Shown here: positions 9,595 to 18,162 of the stretch, in pieces
Layout of the letters: the number at the start of each line of letters is the position of its first letter
Numbering within the stretch: position 1 is the stretch's first letter
Assembly: GCA_964520225.1 (NCBI GenBank)
Contig: CAZFNV010000004.1
Span: 14,520-78,519 of the forward strand
Length of the DNA: 64,000 bases
Direction of reading: 5' to 3'
Source of the DNA: an uncultured Candidatus Saccharibacteria bacterium
GTDB lineage: Bacteria; Patescibacteriota; Minisyncoccia; Phycocordibacterales; UBA9973
Notes under the pieces: generated by a model
What the model was told of the DNA's origin: nothing
Databases searched by the model: none
The model's input: only the letters and a program-made list of their open reading frames with translations
Program-made: the position numbers and the translations under genes

Positions 9595-10231
9595 ACTAGG
9601 CTGGGTTTTCCCCGAAAACTGCTCTATGTGCGGAAAAAGCGCAGAAGGTGTGTGCGCGGATTGTTTGAGCTCTGCACCACCCGCAGAGCGAGAATGCGCG
9701 GAGTGGATTTTCCCAGTGTTTGACTATAGAGACAAGACTATTAAACAAGCCGTATGGTTACTTAAATACAAAGGCAAGAAAAACCTAGCTCGTGTGTTTG
9801 CGGAAAATATTTATGGGCGAATGCTGGAAGAATTATCCGATCTAGAAGTGATGGAGAATTTTACGCACCCGATACTGATACCCATACCCCTCGACAATAA
9901 GCGGTGGCGCGAGAGGGGCTTTAATCAGGTCGAACTTATATGCCGAGAACTGATGCGGCTGGACCAAAATAAAAATTGGGAAATGAAAAATGATTGCTTG
10001 ATCAAAATCAAAGATGCTGAACATCAGGCGCGAATAGAAAATCGTAGCGCACGATTGAAAAATATAGTAGGTTCTTTTACTGTGCCCGGAGCCGGCATCC
10101 AAGCAATCAAAAATAGAAACATAATACTAATTGATGACGTTACTACCACGGGCGCCACTCTAGGTGAAGCACGGAAAACTCTTTTGAACGCCGGCGCCAA
10201 GAAAGTAATTGCTTTCACTGTGGCGCATTAG
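9575..10231 (+). CDS. comFC: Competence protein ComF (ComFC), phosphoribosyltransferase-type
   Basis: N-terminal double zinc ribbon (CSMCGK...CADC) and C-terminal PRTase motif ILIDDVTTTGATL. Confidence 0.8.
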   Translation: MGLLDTILGWVFPENCSMCGKSAEGVCADCLSSAPPAERECAEWIFPVFDYRDKTIKQAVWLLKYKGKKNLARVFAENIYGRMLEELSDLEVMENFTHPILIPIPLDNKRWRERGFNQVELICRELMRLDQNKNWEMKNDCLIKIKDAEHQARIENRSARLKNIVGSFTVPGAGIQAIKNRNIILIDDVTTTGATLGEARKTLLNAGAKKVIAFTVAH

Positions 10232-10244
10232 AATCGCGATTGAA

Positions 10245-10312
10245 GCCACTACTGATTTTTATGAGCGACAAGTCGGTGACTGCGAGAGGAGCGAAGAAAA
10301 ATCAGTAGTGGC
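10245..10312. repeat. Perfect 16-bp inverted repeat (long hairpin) between convergent genes
   Basis: gccactactgattttt ... aaaaatcagtagtggc, separated by 36 nt. Confidence 0.5.
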
Positions 10313-10403
10313 GGAAATTGTAGAGAATTAGTAGCGAAGAAAATTTACAAAGTCTTTATCTCTACATAATTTCCGCATATGCAGGAATTGCGTAACTAAA
10401 GAA

Positions 10404-11609
10404 TCACTGCCTCTCCCATAAATCCCAAATAGCTCCAGCAATATTTTTTGGTTTGCCAAAGAGTGCGTAATAGTGGAGATCGATAAATGGCAAAGTGTTA
10501 CACTCTATTATCCCCCAGCGCTGGGTCGATGCATCCTCTGTCGGATCAGGAATAATGCAGTCGAAACCCATTACCGGCATACCCACCACCTCCGCTGCCC
10601 TACCTAGAATTGGCGCAAAACTCGGATGGAGTTTGTCTAGCATTTCCTCTGTCATACCTCCGAAAAATCTACCGGTGCGATGTGTGAGCGCAAGTCGAAG
10701 TCCCGCCGGTAGAACAGTATCAACATCAAAGCCGAGCCTCATGATGTGTTCACGCATTTCGCGATTGATCAGAACTTGTTCTACTCTCTCGTGGCGACGC
10801 GCATCTTTTTCGGCGACAAGCTCGCCAATAGTCTTCATGCCGTCACCAATAACGAAAGGTGCCATACCACGATAAAACCCCATAAGCTTGCCATCCACAA
10901 AAGTTGCCCTGCACACATCTCCAGTCAAATGCTCTTCAGCCACCAGGAATGGTGATAGCGCTCCCGCCACCTTAAGCCCCGCTTTAAATTCATCCAGAGT
11001 ATGTATATTGGTCACAGTATGTCGCCCCCGCGAGCCAACTCTCGACTTAAGAATAAAAGGGGTGGCAAGTTCTCGGAATATTTTTTCTGGATCATTTATA
11101 AATGGCACAAAAAGTGTCCGATATACTGGCACAGGAACGCCGTGTTTAGAAAGCTCCTTTTTTAAAATCAATTTATCATCCCAGCTTTTATGCATTGCTG
11201 CCAACTGGGACGGTATAGGTAAAGAATCAAAATACATCACTTTCCCATTGAGCCGAGTTCGATACTGGTCTATAGGCTTACCGAACATTATGTATTGCTT
11301 CATTTCTATACCCCGTTTCCTGGCCTCCTCCCATATCACCCGAGAACGAAAAGTTTTCGCTAACTCTATGTCATCTGACAGCTTGGCTAAACGCAAGAAC
11401 AGAAGTATTTCAAAAAATACATTGAGCAACCAATCCACAAACCTTCGCAAAAAATCCGGAGCTCGGCGAGTAACCTTGAGCATTTGCGTATCGAAGGCAA
11501 CCGCGAGCGCACTTATAACATAATGAAGTCTGTGATTTACGGGTGCATCAGCGCAATATACACATACTATCTTTCGGCGACTAGGCTCTGATAATCTATT
11601 TTTTCCCAT
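10404..11609 (-). CDS. ATP-grasp superfamily ligase (cyanophycin-synthetase/RimK-like fold)
   Basis: Central region has ATP-grasp-like motifs (ILKSRVGSRGRHTV..., ...GIIECNTLPFID). The N-terminal ~90 aa may be upstream of the true start. Confidence 0.55.
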   Translation of the reverse strand: MGKNRLSEPSRRKIVCVYCADAPVNHRLHYVISALAVAFDTQMLKVTRRAPDFLRRFVDWLLNVFFEILLFLRLAKLSDDIELAKTFRSRVIWEEARKRGIEMKQYIMFGKPIDQYRTRLNGKVMYFDSLPIPSQLAAMHKSWDDKLILKKELSKHGVPVPVYRTLFVPFINDPEKIFRELATPFILKSRVGSRGRHTVTNIHTLDEFKAGLKVAGALSPFLVAEEHLTGDVCRATFVDGKLMGFYRGMAPFVIGDGMKTIGELVAEKDARRHERVEQVLINREMREHIMRLGFDVDTVLPAGLRLALTHRTGRFFGGMTEEMLDKLHPSFAPILGRAAEVVGMPVMGFDCIIPDPTEDASTQRWGIIECNTLPFIDLHYYALFGKPKNIAGAIWDLWERQ

Positions 11610-11844
11610 TATCCATCTAATCTATCACGGAATAAATATAAAACAAAAGAGGCTGCCTGTTACCAGACCGCCTCTTTATTTAAACACTGCAAACATTTTA
11701 GTGACCTCCAAGCATTGGATTAAAATTTTTTAAAATTAATAATCGCGACTACGTAAATATTATATCACAACCTCGCCCAAACGAGTCAAGTGAATAAACC
11801 AAGCTGTGGCAAAATGGGTAAAATATGCTAGAGTAGCCTAATAC

Positions 11845-11936
11845 GGAGCCGTGTCAGAGTGGTCTAACGTACCTCTTTGCTAAAGAGGTGTACCCTTTAA
11901 AAGGTACCGCTGGTTCGAATCCAGCCGGCTCCGCCA
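11845..11936 (+). tRNA. tRNA-Ser (anticodon GCU), CCA encoded
   Basis: Cloverleaf by eye: acceptor GGAGCCG/CGGCTCC, anticodon loop TTGCTAA, long variable arm, T-loop GGTTCGAATCC. Confidence 0.85.
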
Positions 11937-11938
11937 AT

Positions 11939-12691
11939 TTACAATACATATCGCCCCACCCTCGTCCGCCTGATTGAAAACGCAAGCGTTGGTATGCCTA
12001 GGCGCTCACCTAGAGAGTACGCAATACTGCGCACATATGTGCCACTTCCGCATTTGATTTTAAACTTCCCCACCTTAAATACCTGCTTCTTAGCGCTTAG
12101 ATTTTTACGCCAAATTTTTAATATTTCATTCTGCCTAAAGTCGCCCTTAACTTTTTTTATTCTACGCTCGATATTTTCTAAAAGTTTCTCTGCGCTTATT
12201 CTTCGTATTTTCAAAAGTTCCAACTTTTTGACTTTGACTTTCCTTGCTGGACTCATCACGTCCTCTCCAGCCCGAGCATACGCAAAGAGTGGCTTGCCAG
12301 CTACGGTCTTCGACGAGTAGCGCGGGTATTCTTGCGTAAACTCGCCAGTGAAATATTTTAAATTCTCTTTGATCAACTTTGGTAACACCCTCTGCGTCAG
12401 GTCTTGCCTAGCACGAATAAATACTTTACCTAAAATATCGTAGGTGTCTGTGGCAAAGCCGAAAAGTACTTCGAATTCATACTCTTTATCGAACGCTAGA
12501 TATATCTCTTTTTTCTTCACTTCCTCACCAGCCAGAACAAGCAGTAGCCCGCTTGCCATTGGGTCGAGTCGCCCCGCATAAGTGAGTTTGGTGTCTCGGT
12601 AGGCTGGGTTTTTAACCCGAAAATTCTCTAGGGCCTCAAATGGAGTCTCCCCTTCTTTCTTGTTTAAAATAATAACTTTCTTCATAAACAA
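11939..12691 (-). CDS. truB: tRNA pseudouridine(55) synthase TruB
   Basis: Catalytic motif YAGRLDPMASGLL, matching the TruB GTLDP.A.G.L signature. Confidence 0.75.
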   Translation of the reverse strand: MFMKKVIILNKKEGETPFEALENFRVKNPAYRDTKLTYAGRLDPMASGLLLVLAGEEVKKKEIYLAFDKEYEFEVLFGFATDTYDILGKVFIRARQDLTQRVLPKLIKENLKYFTGEFTQEYPRYSSKTVAGKPLFAYARAGEDVMSPARKVKVKKLELLKIRRISAEKLLENIERRIKKVKGDFRQNEILKIWRKNLSAKKQVFKVGKFKIKCGSGTYVRSIAYSLGERLGIPTLAFSIRRTRVGRYVL

Positions 12692-12732
12692 TCTGACTAT
12701 AGCATATAGTATAATCCCGTAGTAGATTCTGG

Positions 12733-14961
12733 TTGATACCAGAATTCACTACAGGATATAATGGGTCTGTGAAGCTCGCAGACAAGATTGAAGATAATTT
12801 CCGCCTAGACATCAATCAAAAGAAAGCTCTCCATCGGCTTAAGATTTTCTCTGTCGCTGACCTTTTACACCATTTCCCTGTGCGTTATAGTGAGATAAGT
12901 ATAGTAAAAAATATAAGCGAACTCATAGCGGGCGAAATGGCTACGGTGTATGGCAAAGTATCTAAACTTAAAACAAAGAAAGGATTCCGATCTAAGATAC
13001 CTATGGCTGAAGGACTAATAGAAGATGTGTCGGGAAAAATAAGGATCACTTGGTTCCACCAAGCTTACCTCGCCAAAATGCTCCACGATGGCGAGCAAGT
13101 CAAACTAACAGGTAAAATAGCTGAAGGTAAAAATGGTATATATCTCACTAACCCAGAATTTGAAAAGGTGCCGCACATGCCGATAGACTCACATGATTCA
13201 CTATTCACGTCTCCTAGCTCTACACCACCTGAGAATTTTTCGAACGACAAGGCGATGATTGCGCGAGGAGTTGAGAAAAATTCTCAGGTGGCTCAGGGTC
13301 TATCTTATCCTGTTTATGCAGAAACTCGAGGCATAACTTCCAAGTGGTTCTATCATGCAGTACAAAAAATTTTTAAGGCGCAGGTGCGGGAAGACATAGA
13401 AGATCCTATCCCAGAAGATATTCTAAAGAAATACAATCTTCCCACACTCAAAACCGCACTCGTCTGGATACACACACCAAGGCATCCGAAAGATGCCGAG
13501 GCCGCACGCAAACGTTTTGCTTTCGAAGAAGTTTTAACTATTCAGCTCAGGCGACAGCGCGAACGCGCAGAATACAAACATCACAAATCTTTCCAGGTAA
13601 TGGTGAGCGAGAAATCGGTAGGTAAATTTTTAAAACGTTTCCCATTCAAGCCCACCCGCGCGCAAGAAGACGCCATCGCCACGATATTAAAAGACATGAG
13701 TGGCCCTCGACCGATGTCGCGCCTTCTCGAGGGTGATGTAGGCTCTGGTAAAACAGCCGTGGCCGCTACTGCCACCCACGCCATAGTGGAGAACGGACTA
13801 CAGGTTGCCTATATGGCGCCCACGGAAATACTGGCCAACCAACATTTTCATTCTTTCATAAAATATTTTGTAGAAAGTGGTATACAAGTAGGTCTAATTA
13901 CTGGTAGTGGTTGTAAAAAATTCCCATCAAAAATTAATCCGGCTCAAGCTACCGACATTTCCCGCTCGCAACTCCTAAAATGGGTATCTGAAGGTGTTAT
14001 TCCAGTACTCATCGGCACCCATGCTTTGATTCAAAAATCGGTTAAATTTAAAAATTTAGCCTTGGCAGTAATAGACGAACAACACCGCTTCGGCACGGCC
14101 CAGCGTCGCAAGCTTGTCCGCAAAGACGGCATTGCCCCACACTTACTCTCTATGACCGCCACACCTATACCCCGCACGCTAGCGCTTACTATATATGGCG
14201 ACCTCGACCTCTCGCTCTTAGACGAGATGCCCGCCGGGCGTAAACAGGTAGAAACAAGCATAGTCACGCCCGACAAACGCGAAGGGGTTTATGAGAAAAT
14301 TCGCGAAGAGCTCGCTTCTGGCCGACAAGCTTATGTAATATGTCCACGAATAGATCACGACGAAGAAAAAGCTGAAATGAAATCTGTAACAATGGAAGCC
14401 AAGAGACTTAAGAAAGATATTTTTCCAAACTACGAGATCGGCATTCTACACTCAAGAATGAACAAGGTAAAGAAAGATAAAGTGATGGAAGATTTCAGTA
14501 GTGGTAAGATCCAAATCCTCTGCGCCACGTCAGTAGTTGAAGTTGGAGTCAATGTGCCAAATGCCACAGTCATAATAATAGAAGGCGCCGAGCATTATGG
14601 CCTAGCCCAGCTTCACCAGCTCCGCGGCCGAGTGCTGCGTAGCAACCATCAAGCTTATTGCTACATATTCGCGGAAAGTAAATCTGACAAAACTATAAAA
14701 AGACTAAACGCCATCAAAAGCGCCAAGAGCGGTTTCGAATTAGCTGAGCTAGACCTTGCGCTACGGGGCGCGGGCGAGCTCGCCGGCGCCAAGCAATGGG
14801 GAATATCCGACCTCGGCATGGAAGCAATTAAAAACATTAAAATGGTTGAAGCAGCCCGCACGGAAGCAGTCCGGCTAATCAGCGAAAGCCACGACCTCGC
14901 TCCTTATCCCCTACTCCAAAAGAAAGTTGCTGAGAAATCTGAAGATTTACATTTTGAATAA
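12733..14961 (+). CDS. recG: ATP-dependent DNA helicase RecG
   Basis: Wedge domain plus SF2 helicase motifs (GDVGSGKT, DEQHRFG, ATPIPRT, QLHQLRGRVLR). Confidence 0.9.
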   Translation: MIPEFTTGYNGSVKLADKIEDNFRLDINQKKALHRLKIFSVADLLHHFPVRYSEISIVKNISELIAGEMATVYGKVSKLKTKKGFRSKIPMAEGLIEDVSGKIRITWFHQAYLAKMLHDGEQVKLTGKIAEGKNGIYLTNPEFEKVPHMPIDSHDSLFTSPSSTPPENFSNDKAMIARGVEKNSQVAQGLSYPVYAETRGITSKWFYHAVQKIFKAQVREDIEDPIPEDILKKYNLPTLKTALVWIHTPRHPKDAEAARKRFAFEEVLTIQLRRQRERAEYKHHKSFQVMVSEKSVGKFLKRFPFKPTRAQEDAIATILKDMSGPRPMSRLLEGDVGSGKTAVAATATHAIVENGLQVAYMAPTEILANQHFHSFIKYFVESGIQVGLITGSGCKKFPSKINPAQATDISRSQLLKWVSEGVIPVLIGTHALIQKSVKFKNLALAVIDEQHRFGTAQRRKLVRKDGIAPHLLSMTATPIPRTLALTIYGDLDLSLLDEMPAGRKQVETSIVTPDKREGVYEKIREELASGRQAYVICPRIDHDEEKAEMKSVTMEAKRLKKDIFPNYEIGILHSRMNKVKKDKVMEDFSSGKIQILCATSVVEVGVNVPNATVIIIEGAEHYGLAQLHQLRGRVLRSNHQAYCYIFAESKSDKTIKRLNAIKSAKSGFELAELDLALRGAGELAGAKQWGISDLGMEAIKNIKMVEAARTEAVRLISESHDLAPYPLLQKKVAEKSEDLHFE

Positions 14962-14962
14962 A

Positions 14963-16804
14963 CTAAAAAACGAACGAGAAGAATGACGACAACTGCCGAA
15001 GAAACAAGGCAATATAGTTTATGGTCTGGGAGAAAATATTTTTAGAGCTTGCGGGATAAGTTTCTGAATCTGGGCTATCGAATGTGTTATCTGTGTTCCC
15101 GACATCTATTTTATTTTCTATATTTTGCGAGAAAGCGCCGAGAACTTGTCCGGGGGTATTTGTATTGGTTCGTGTCACCCCCGGACAAGGTTCGCCCGTA
15201 AGCGAGCTAAACAAGTGACCTGGCTGGCAGGGCGCTGATTCCTCCTCGAATGGCGCAGGAGGTTCTTCGGCTTCAGTGGTTTCCGAATTAGCACCACTAA
15301 CTTTGTTATCTGTTTTAGGTTTTGAAACAGATTCCAGAATTTTATCCCAAGGCTTACCTAGGGCAGCAGGTATAGCATAGCTAGTCGCCCAGATACGATT
15401 CTCGAGGGTTTCTCCTGACGACAACATAGCACCATCTTCTGCTTGTAATGTTCCCAAATAGTCGAGCCCACTTTTACCACCTTTAACCCAAGATGTAACT
15501 AAGGCGGCTTCAGCCTGCATAGCCCAACTTGTAGAAGAAACATTACCCCAACCACCATCTACCCCCTGAGAATTCTCTAGATATGAGGCTGCCTTTACGA
15601 GCGCGTCCGACACACCACTCACTCCACTAAAAGGTTTGAGCGCCATCACAGCCGCCGCAGTCACATCAACACTATTTTCCCACGACCCGCCAGAATTTTG
15701 CTTACTCAAAATGAATTCAATGCTTTTTGCAATCATTATATCTTCTGCCTCATAACCCGCATTTTTTAATGGAATAAGGGCAAAAATATCATCGTTCACC
15801 AGATCAGCGTCTCCGAATTGCACACCATCGAATTCTTGAACTATAGCCTCGATGTAATTTGTTCCTTCAAATGAATACGGGTTCTCGTCAAGCGCGAGTA
15901 GGGCCATAGCCCGCCTTTCATTGTCGGTAAGAAGTGAGCTGACAGAATTGTTAGCTTTTAGATATTCTAGAGTAGAATTGACGCTCTCCCCTGAGACATT
16001 TACTGAAGCTAATGCTAAAGCTACCCAGTCAGTATATAAGTCAGCGCCACCAAAAGAACCATCTACATTTTGCACGCTCTTTAAATAAGCAACAGCCAGA
16101 GACACACTAAAGGATGTCGAGGGTGGTGTTGTAGAAGATCCGCCACTGCCACCACCTCCTCCAGTCGTAGATGTTTCTTCGATTTCTTCGGTTTCTTCTG
16201 GTTCTTCTTCTACTGGTTCTGAAACGGGGCTATTGAATGACGGGTCTAGAGACAAGACAGTGAGATCGAGTCTGGAGTTAAGTAGTGTTTCCTCAAACGT
16301 AACCGGATCAAAAGCAGTCAAAACAAGAGATACTACATCCCCTACTTCGAGCACCAAATCAGAGACTCCCACACTAGCACTTACTCCATTCTTTTGCAGT
16401 TGCCAGTATGCGTTCTCCTCTGTAATTTCATTTACACTGTTTACAAAAAGTCCGAATCCAAAATCTGCAAATTCTATACTATCGACGAAACCTTCTTCCA
16501 GAGCTTCAGCTAGCGCACAAATTGCGAGATATTCGGCGAAAGTTGAAATAGGAAAAATGTGAGTACCCCCTGAGGCGTCTTCTAATATACACCCATTCGG
16601 AAGCACAATACTTTCTGTGACGAGGAACAATGGCTCCGCCTCTTCTTCGACAAATTCTTCTTCTACCTCAATCTCCTCTTCCGGAGTAGTCTCTTCAGCA
16701 TTAGGTTCTTCAGGCACTTCGTCTACAGCAAAAGTACGAAGAGGTGCATTGATAAACAATGCAACAACAAAGAAACCGGCTAATAATTTTAGAAAATTTT
16801 TCAT
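14963..16804 (-). CDS. Secreted two-domain protein: DUF4430-like beta-domain plus prenyltransferase/squalene-cyclase-like alpha/alpha-toroid repeats (transcobalamin-like architecture)
   Basis: Signal peptide, then an acidic E-rich linker. A DUF4430-like segment follows (...FGLFVNSVNEITEENAYWQLQKNGVSASVGVSDLVLEVGDVV...), then a G/T/P linker. Four QW-type repeats come last (QNVDGSF, QNSGGSWEN, SQGVDGGWGN, LQAEDGAM). Confidence 0.55.
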   Translation of the reverse strand: MKNFLKLLAGFFVVALFINAPLRTFAVDEVPEEPNAEETTPEEEIEVEEEFVEEEAEPLFLVTESIVLPNGCILEDASGGTHIFPISTFAEYLAICALAEALEEGFVDSIEFADFGFGLFVNSVNEITEENAYWQLQKNGVSASVGVSDLVLEVGDVVSLVLTAFDPVTFEETLLNSRLDLTVLSLDPSFNSPVSEPVEEEPEETEEIEETSTTGGGGGSGGSSTTPPSTSFSVSLAVAYLKSVQNVDGSFGGADLYTDWVALALASVNVSGESVNSTLEYLKANNSVSSLLTDNERRAMALLALDENPYSFEGTNYIEAIVQEFDGVQFGDADLVNDDIFALIPLKNAGYEAEDIMIAKSIEFILSKQNSGGSWENSVDVTAAAVMALKPFSGVSGVSDALVKAASYLENSQGVDGGWGNVSSTSWAMQAEAALVTSWVKGGKSGLDYLGTLQAEDGAMLSSGETLENRIWATSYAIPAALGKPWDKILESVSKPKTDNKVSGANSETTEAEEPPAPFEEESAPCQPGHLFSSLTGEPCPGVTRTNTNTPGQVLGAFSQNIENKIDVGNTDNTFDSPDSETYPASSKNIFSQTINYIALFLRQLSSFFSFVF

Positions 16805-16805
16805 A

Positions 16806-17285
16806 TTAATCTTTGAGTTTCCATTCTATGTGGTCACCCGCTTTTAGCTTGTAATTAGAAATGCCTACGTTCGACTCAGCTCCGTTTATATAAAAAAATA
16901 AAAATTTTCCGTTTCCTTCTTTTATATTCTCAATCTCGGTAACAAAAAATCCCAAAACTGGGAACTCCTTTCCCGTAAAATGAATCGTTCCTTCTAAACG
17001 CATTCTATTCATAGCGCTCTCTAGCGTCTCGCCAGGATTAAAATAAAGTTCCAGATTTTTATCACCGATTTTAAAGGTGGTTCGTTCTTGGTAGATAGTT
17101 TTCTCTTCTGATGCTATCGGCGACTGCGGATTTGAAGCGGTTATATCTTCTATTTTCTCAACAACACCCGTGGAAGCTGATTGATATAGAACATTTTCAG
17201 GCTGAATATCCTCTACTGATGCCAATCGCCATACTAATATGGTCGCAACAAATAAAACTATAAAGATTTTTGTGAATGTTTTCAT
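16806..17285 (-). CDS. DUF4430 (transcobalamin beta-domain-like) secreted/anchored protein
   Basis: N-terminal TM/signal. The C-terminus carries the DUF4430 signature GFFVTEIENIKEGNGKFLFFYINGAESNVGISNYKLKAGDHIEWKL. Confidence 0.6.
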   Translation of the reverse strand: MKTFTKIFIVLFVATILVWRLASVEDIQPENVLYQSASTGVVEKIEDITASNPQSPIASEEKTIYQERTTFKIGDKNLELYFNPGETLESAMNRMRLEGTIHFTGKEFPVLGFFVTEIENIKEGNGKFLFFYINGAESNVGISNYKLKAGDHIEWKLKD

Positions 17286-17289
17286 GGAA

Positions 17290-17470
17290 AATAAAAAAAC
17301 TCCTTCCGAGGAGTCTTGGTGCTTTTAAGCATCTCGAGAGATGCATAAAAACATTTTCCTGCTCGGGATCAAATCGTATTTGGTAGTCGGACTTGTCTCT
17401 CGTGAGACACACCGTAGCGGCACTGTGGAGGATTCACACCTCACTTCCCCAAAAACGATTATTTAATTTT
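17290..17470 (-). promoter_or_regulatory. Cobalamin riboswitch-like leader (short Cbl-II-like aptamer plus terminator expression platform)
   Basis: Minus strand reads AATCGT..GGGGAA..GGTGTGAATCC..ACAGTGCCGCTACGGTG..AAGTCCGACTACC..ACGATT, with a P1 helix AATCGT/ACGATT. These resemble the cobalamin-riboswitch core (GGGAA, GGTG.GAATCC, GC.ACGGT, AAGCCCGA.GACC). A CTCCT/AGGAG hairpin plus U7 follows, 12 nt before the ATG. Confidence 0.55.
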
Positions 17471-17520
17471 ATGGAACACTTATAATCCTATACCAACCCT
17501 TTCCGTAACGCAAATGTCCC

Positions 17521-18162
17521 TCAAGCATACTCCGGCGGACTCTCTTTTAGCCCTGACACGTGATTCACATATCGCGCGAGGGCATAAAAAACACTTGAGA
17601 GACGATTCAAAAACTGAATTTCCGCCTCCCCTGCTCGCGCCTCCTCGCCAGCTTCCCGCATGCGCACCAGCGCTCGCTCAGTCTTCCTCGCGAGAGTACG
17701 CAGTACATCTAAATAGGCCGACAACTCGCTACCGCCAGAAAGTAGGAAGGTTGTGATCGGCGGAAGAACTTCTTCTACTTGCGCTATTATATCTTCTAAG
17801 AAGGTTACATTTTCTGGTTTTATACTTTTATCGCTTCCGGCCACACGCGCCTGTAAAGTAAAAAGCAGATTTTGAATACTGGTGAGAATGTCGGCAATTT
17901 TTTGCTCGTTAGCACCACTCTTTAAAGTCGCCCGCTCCTTTCCGGCAACAACCTTACAAAGCCCTGTCATAGAGTTGAGCTCATCTAGCGCGCCAAGTAC
18001 CTCAAACACGGCATCGCCCTTAGAAATTCTGACACCTTGTGGTGTGTCGAATAATTTCGTTGTACCTTTGTCGCCCTTTTTGGTGTAGAGCATATTTTGA
18101 ATATTACAAACCGCAAATTTAGGCAAGCAATTTTTTATTATCAAATGCAAACACTTGCGCAT
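17521..18162 (-). CDS. ATP:cob(I)alamin adenosyltransferase, PduO type
   Basis: MLYTKKGDKGTT... N-terminal motif of PduO/MMAB-type adenosyltransferases. The likely true start is that Met, at about 18093. Confidence 0.8.
   Translation of the reverse strand: MRKCLHLIIKNCLPKFAVCNIQNMLYTKKGDKGTTKLFDTPQGVRISKGDAVFEVLGALDELNSMTGLCKVVAGKERATLKSGANEQKIADILTSIQNLLFTLQARVAGSDKSIKPENVTFLEDIIAQVEEVLPPITTFLLSGGSELSAYLDVLRTLARKTERALVRMREAGEEARAGEAEIQFLNRLSSVFYALARYVNHVSGLKESPPEYA

Noticed and set aside
10888-11523. 211-aa and 126-aa plus-strand ORFs (10495-11523)
   Set aside because: Antisense to the ATP-grasp gene. Ser/Arg-rich composition typical of shadow ORFs.
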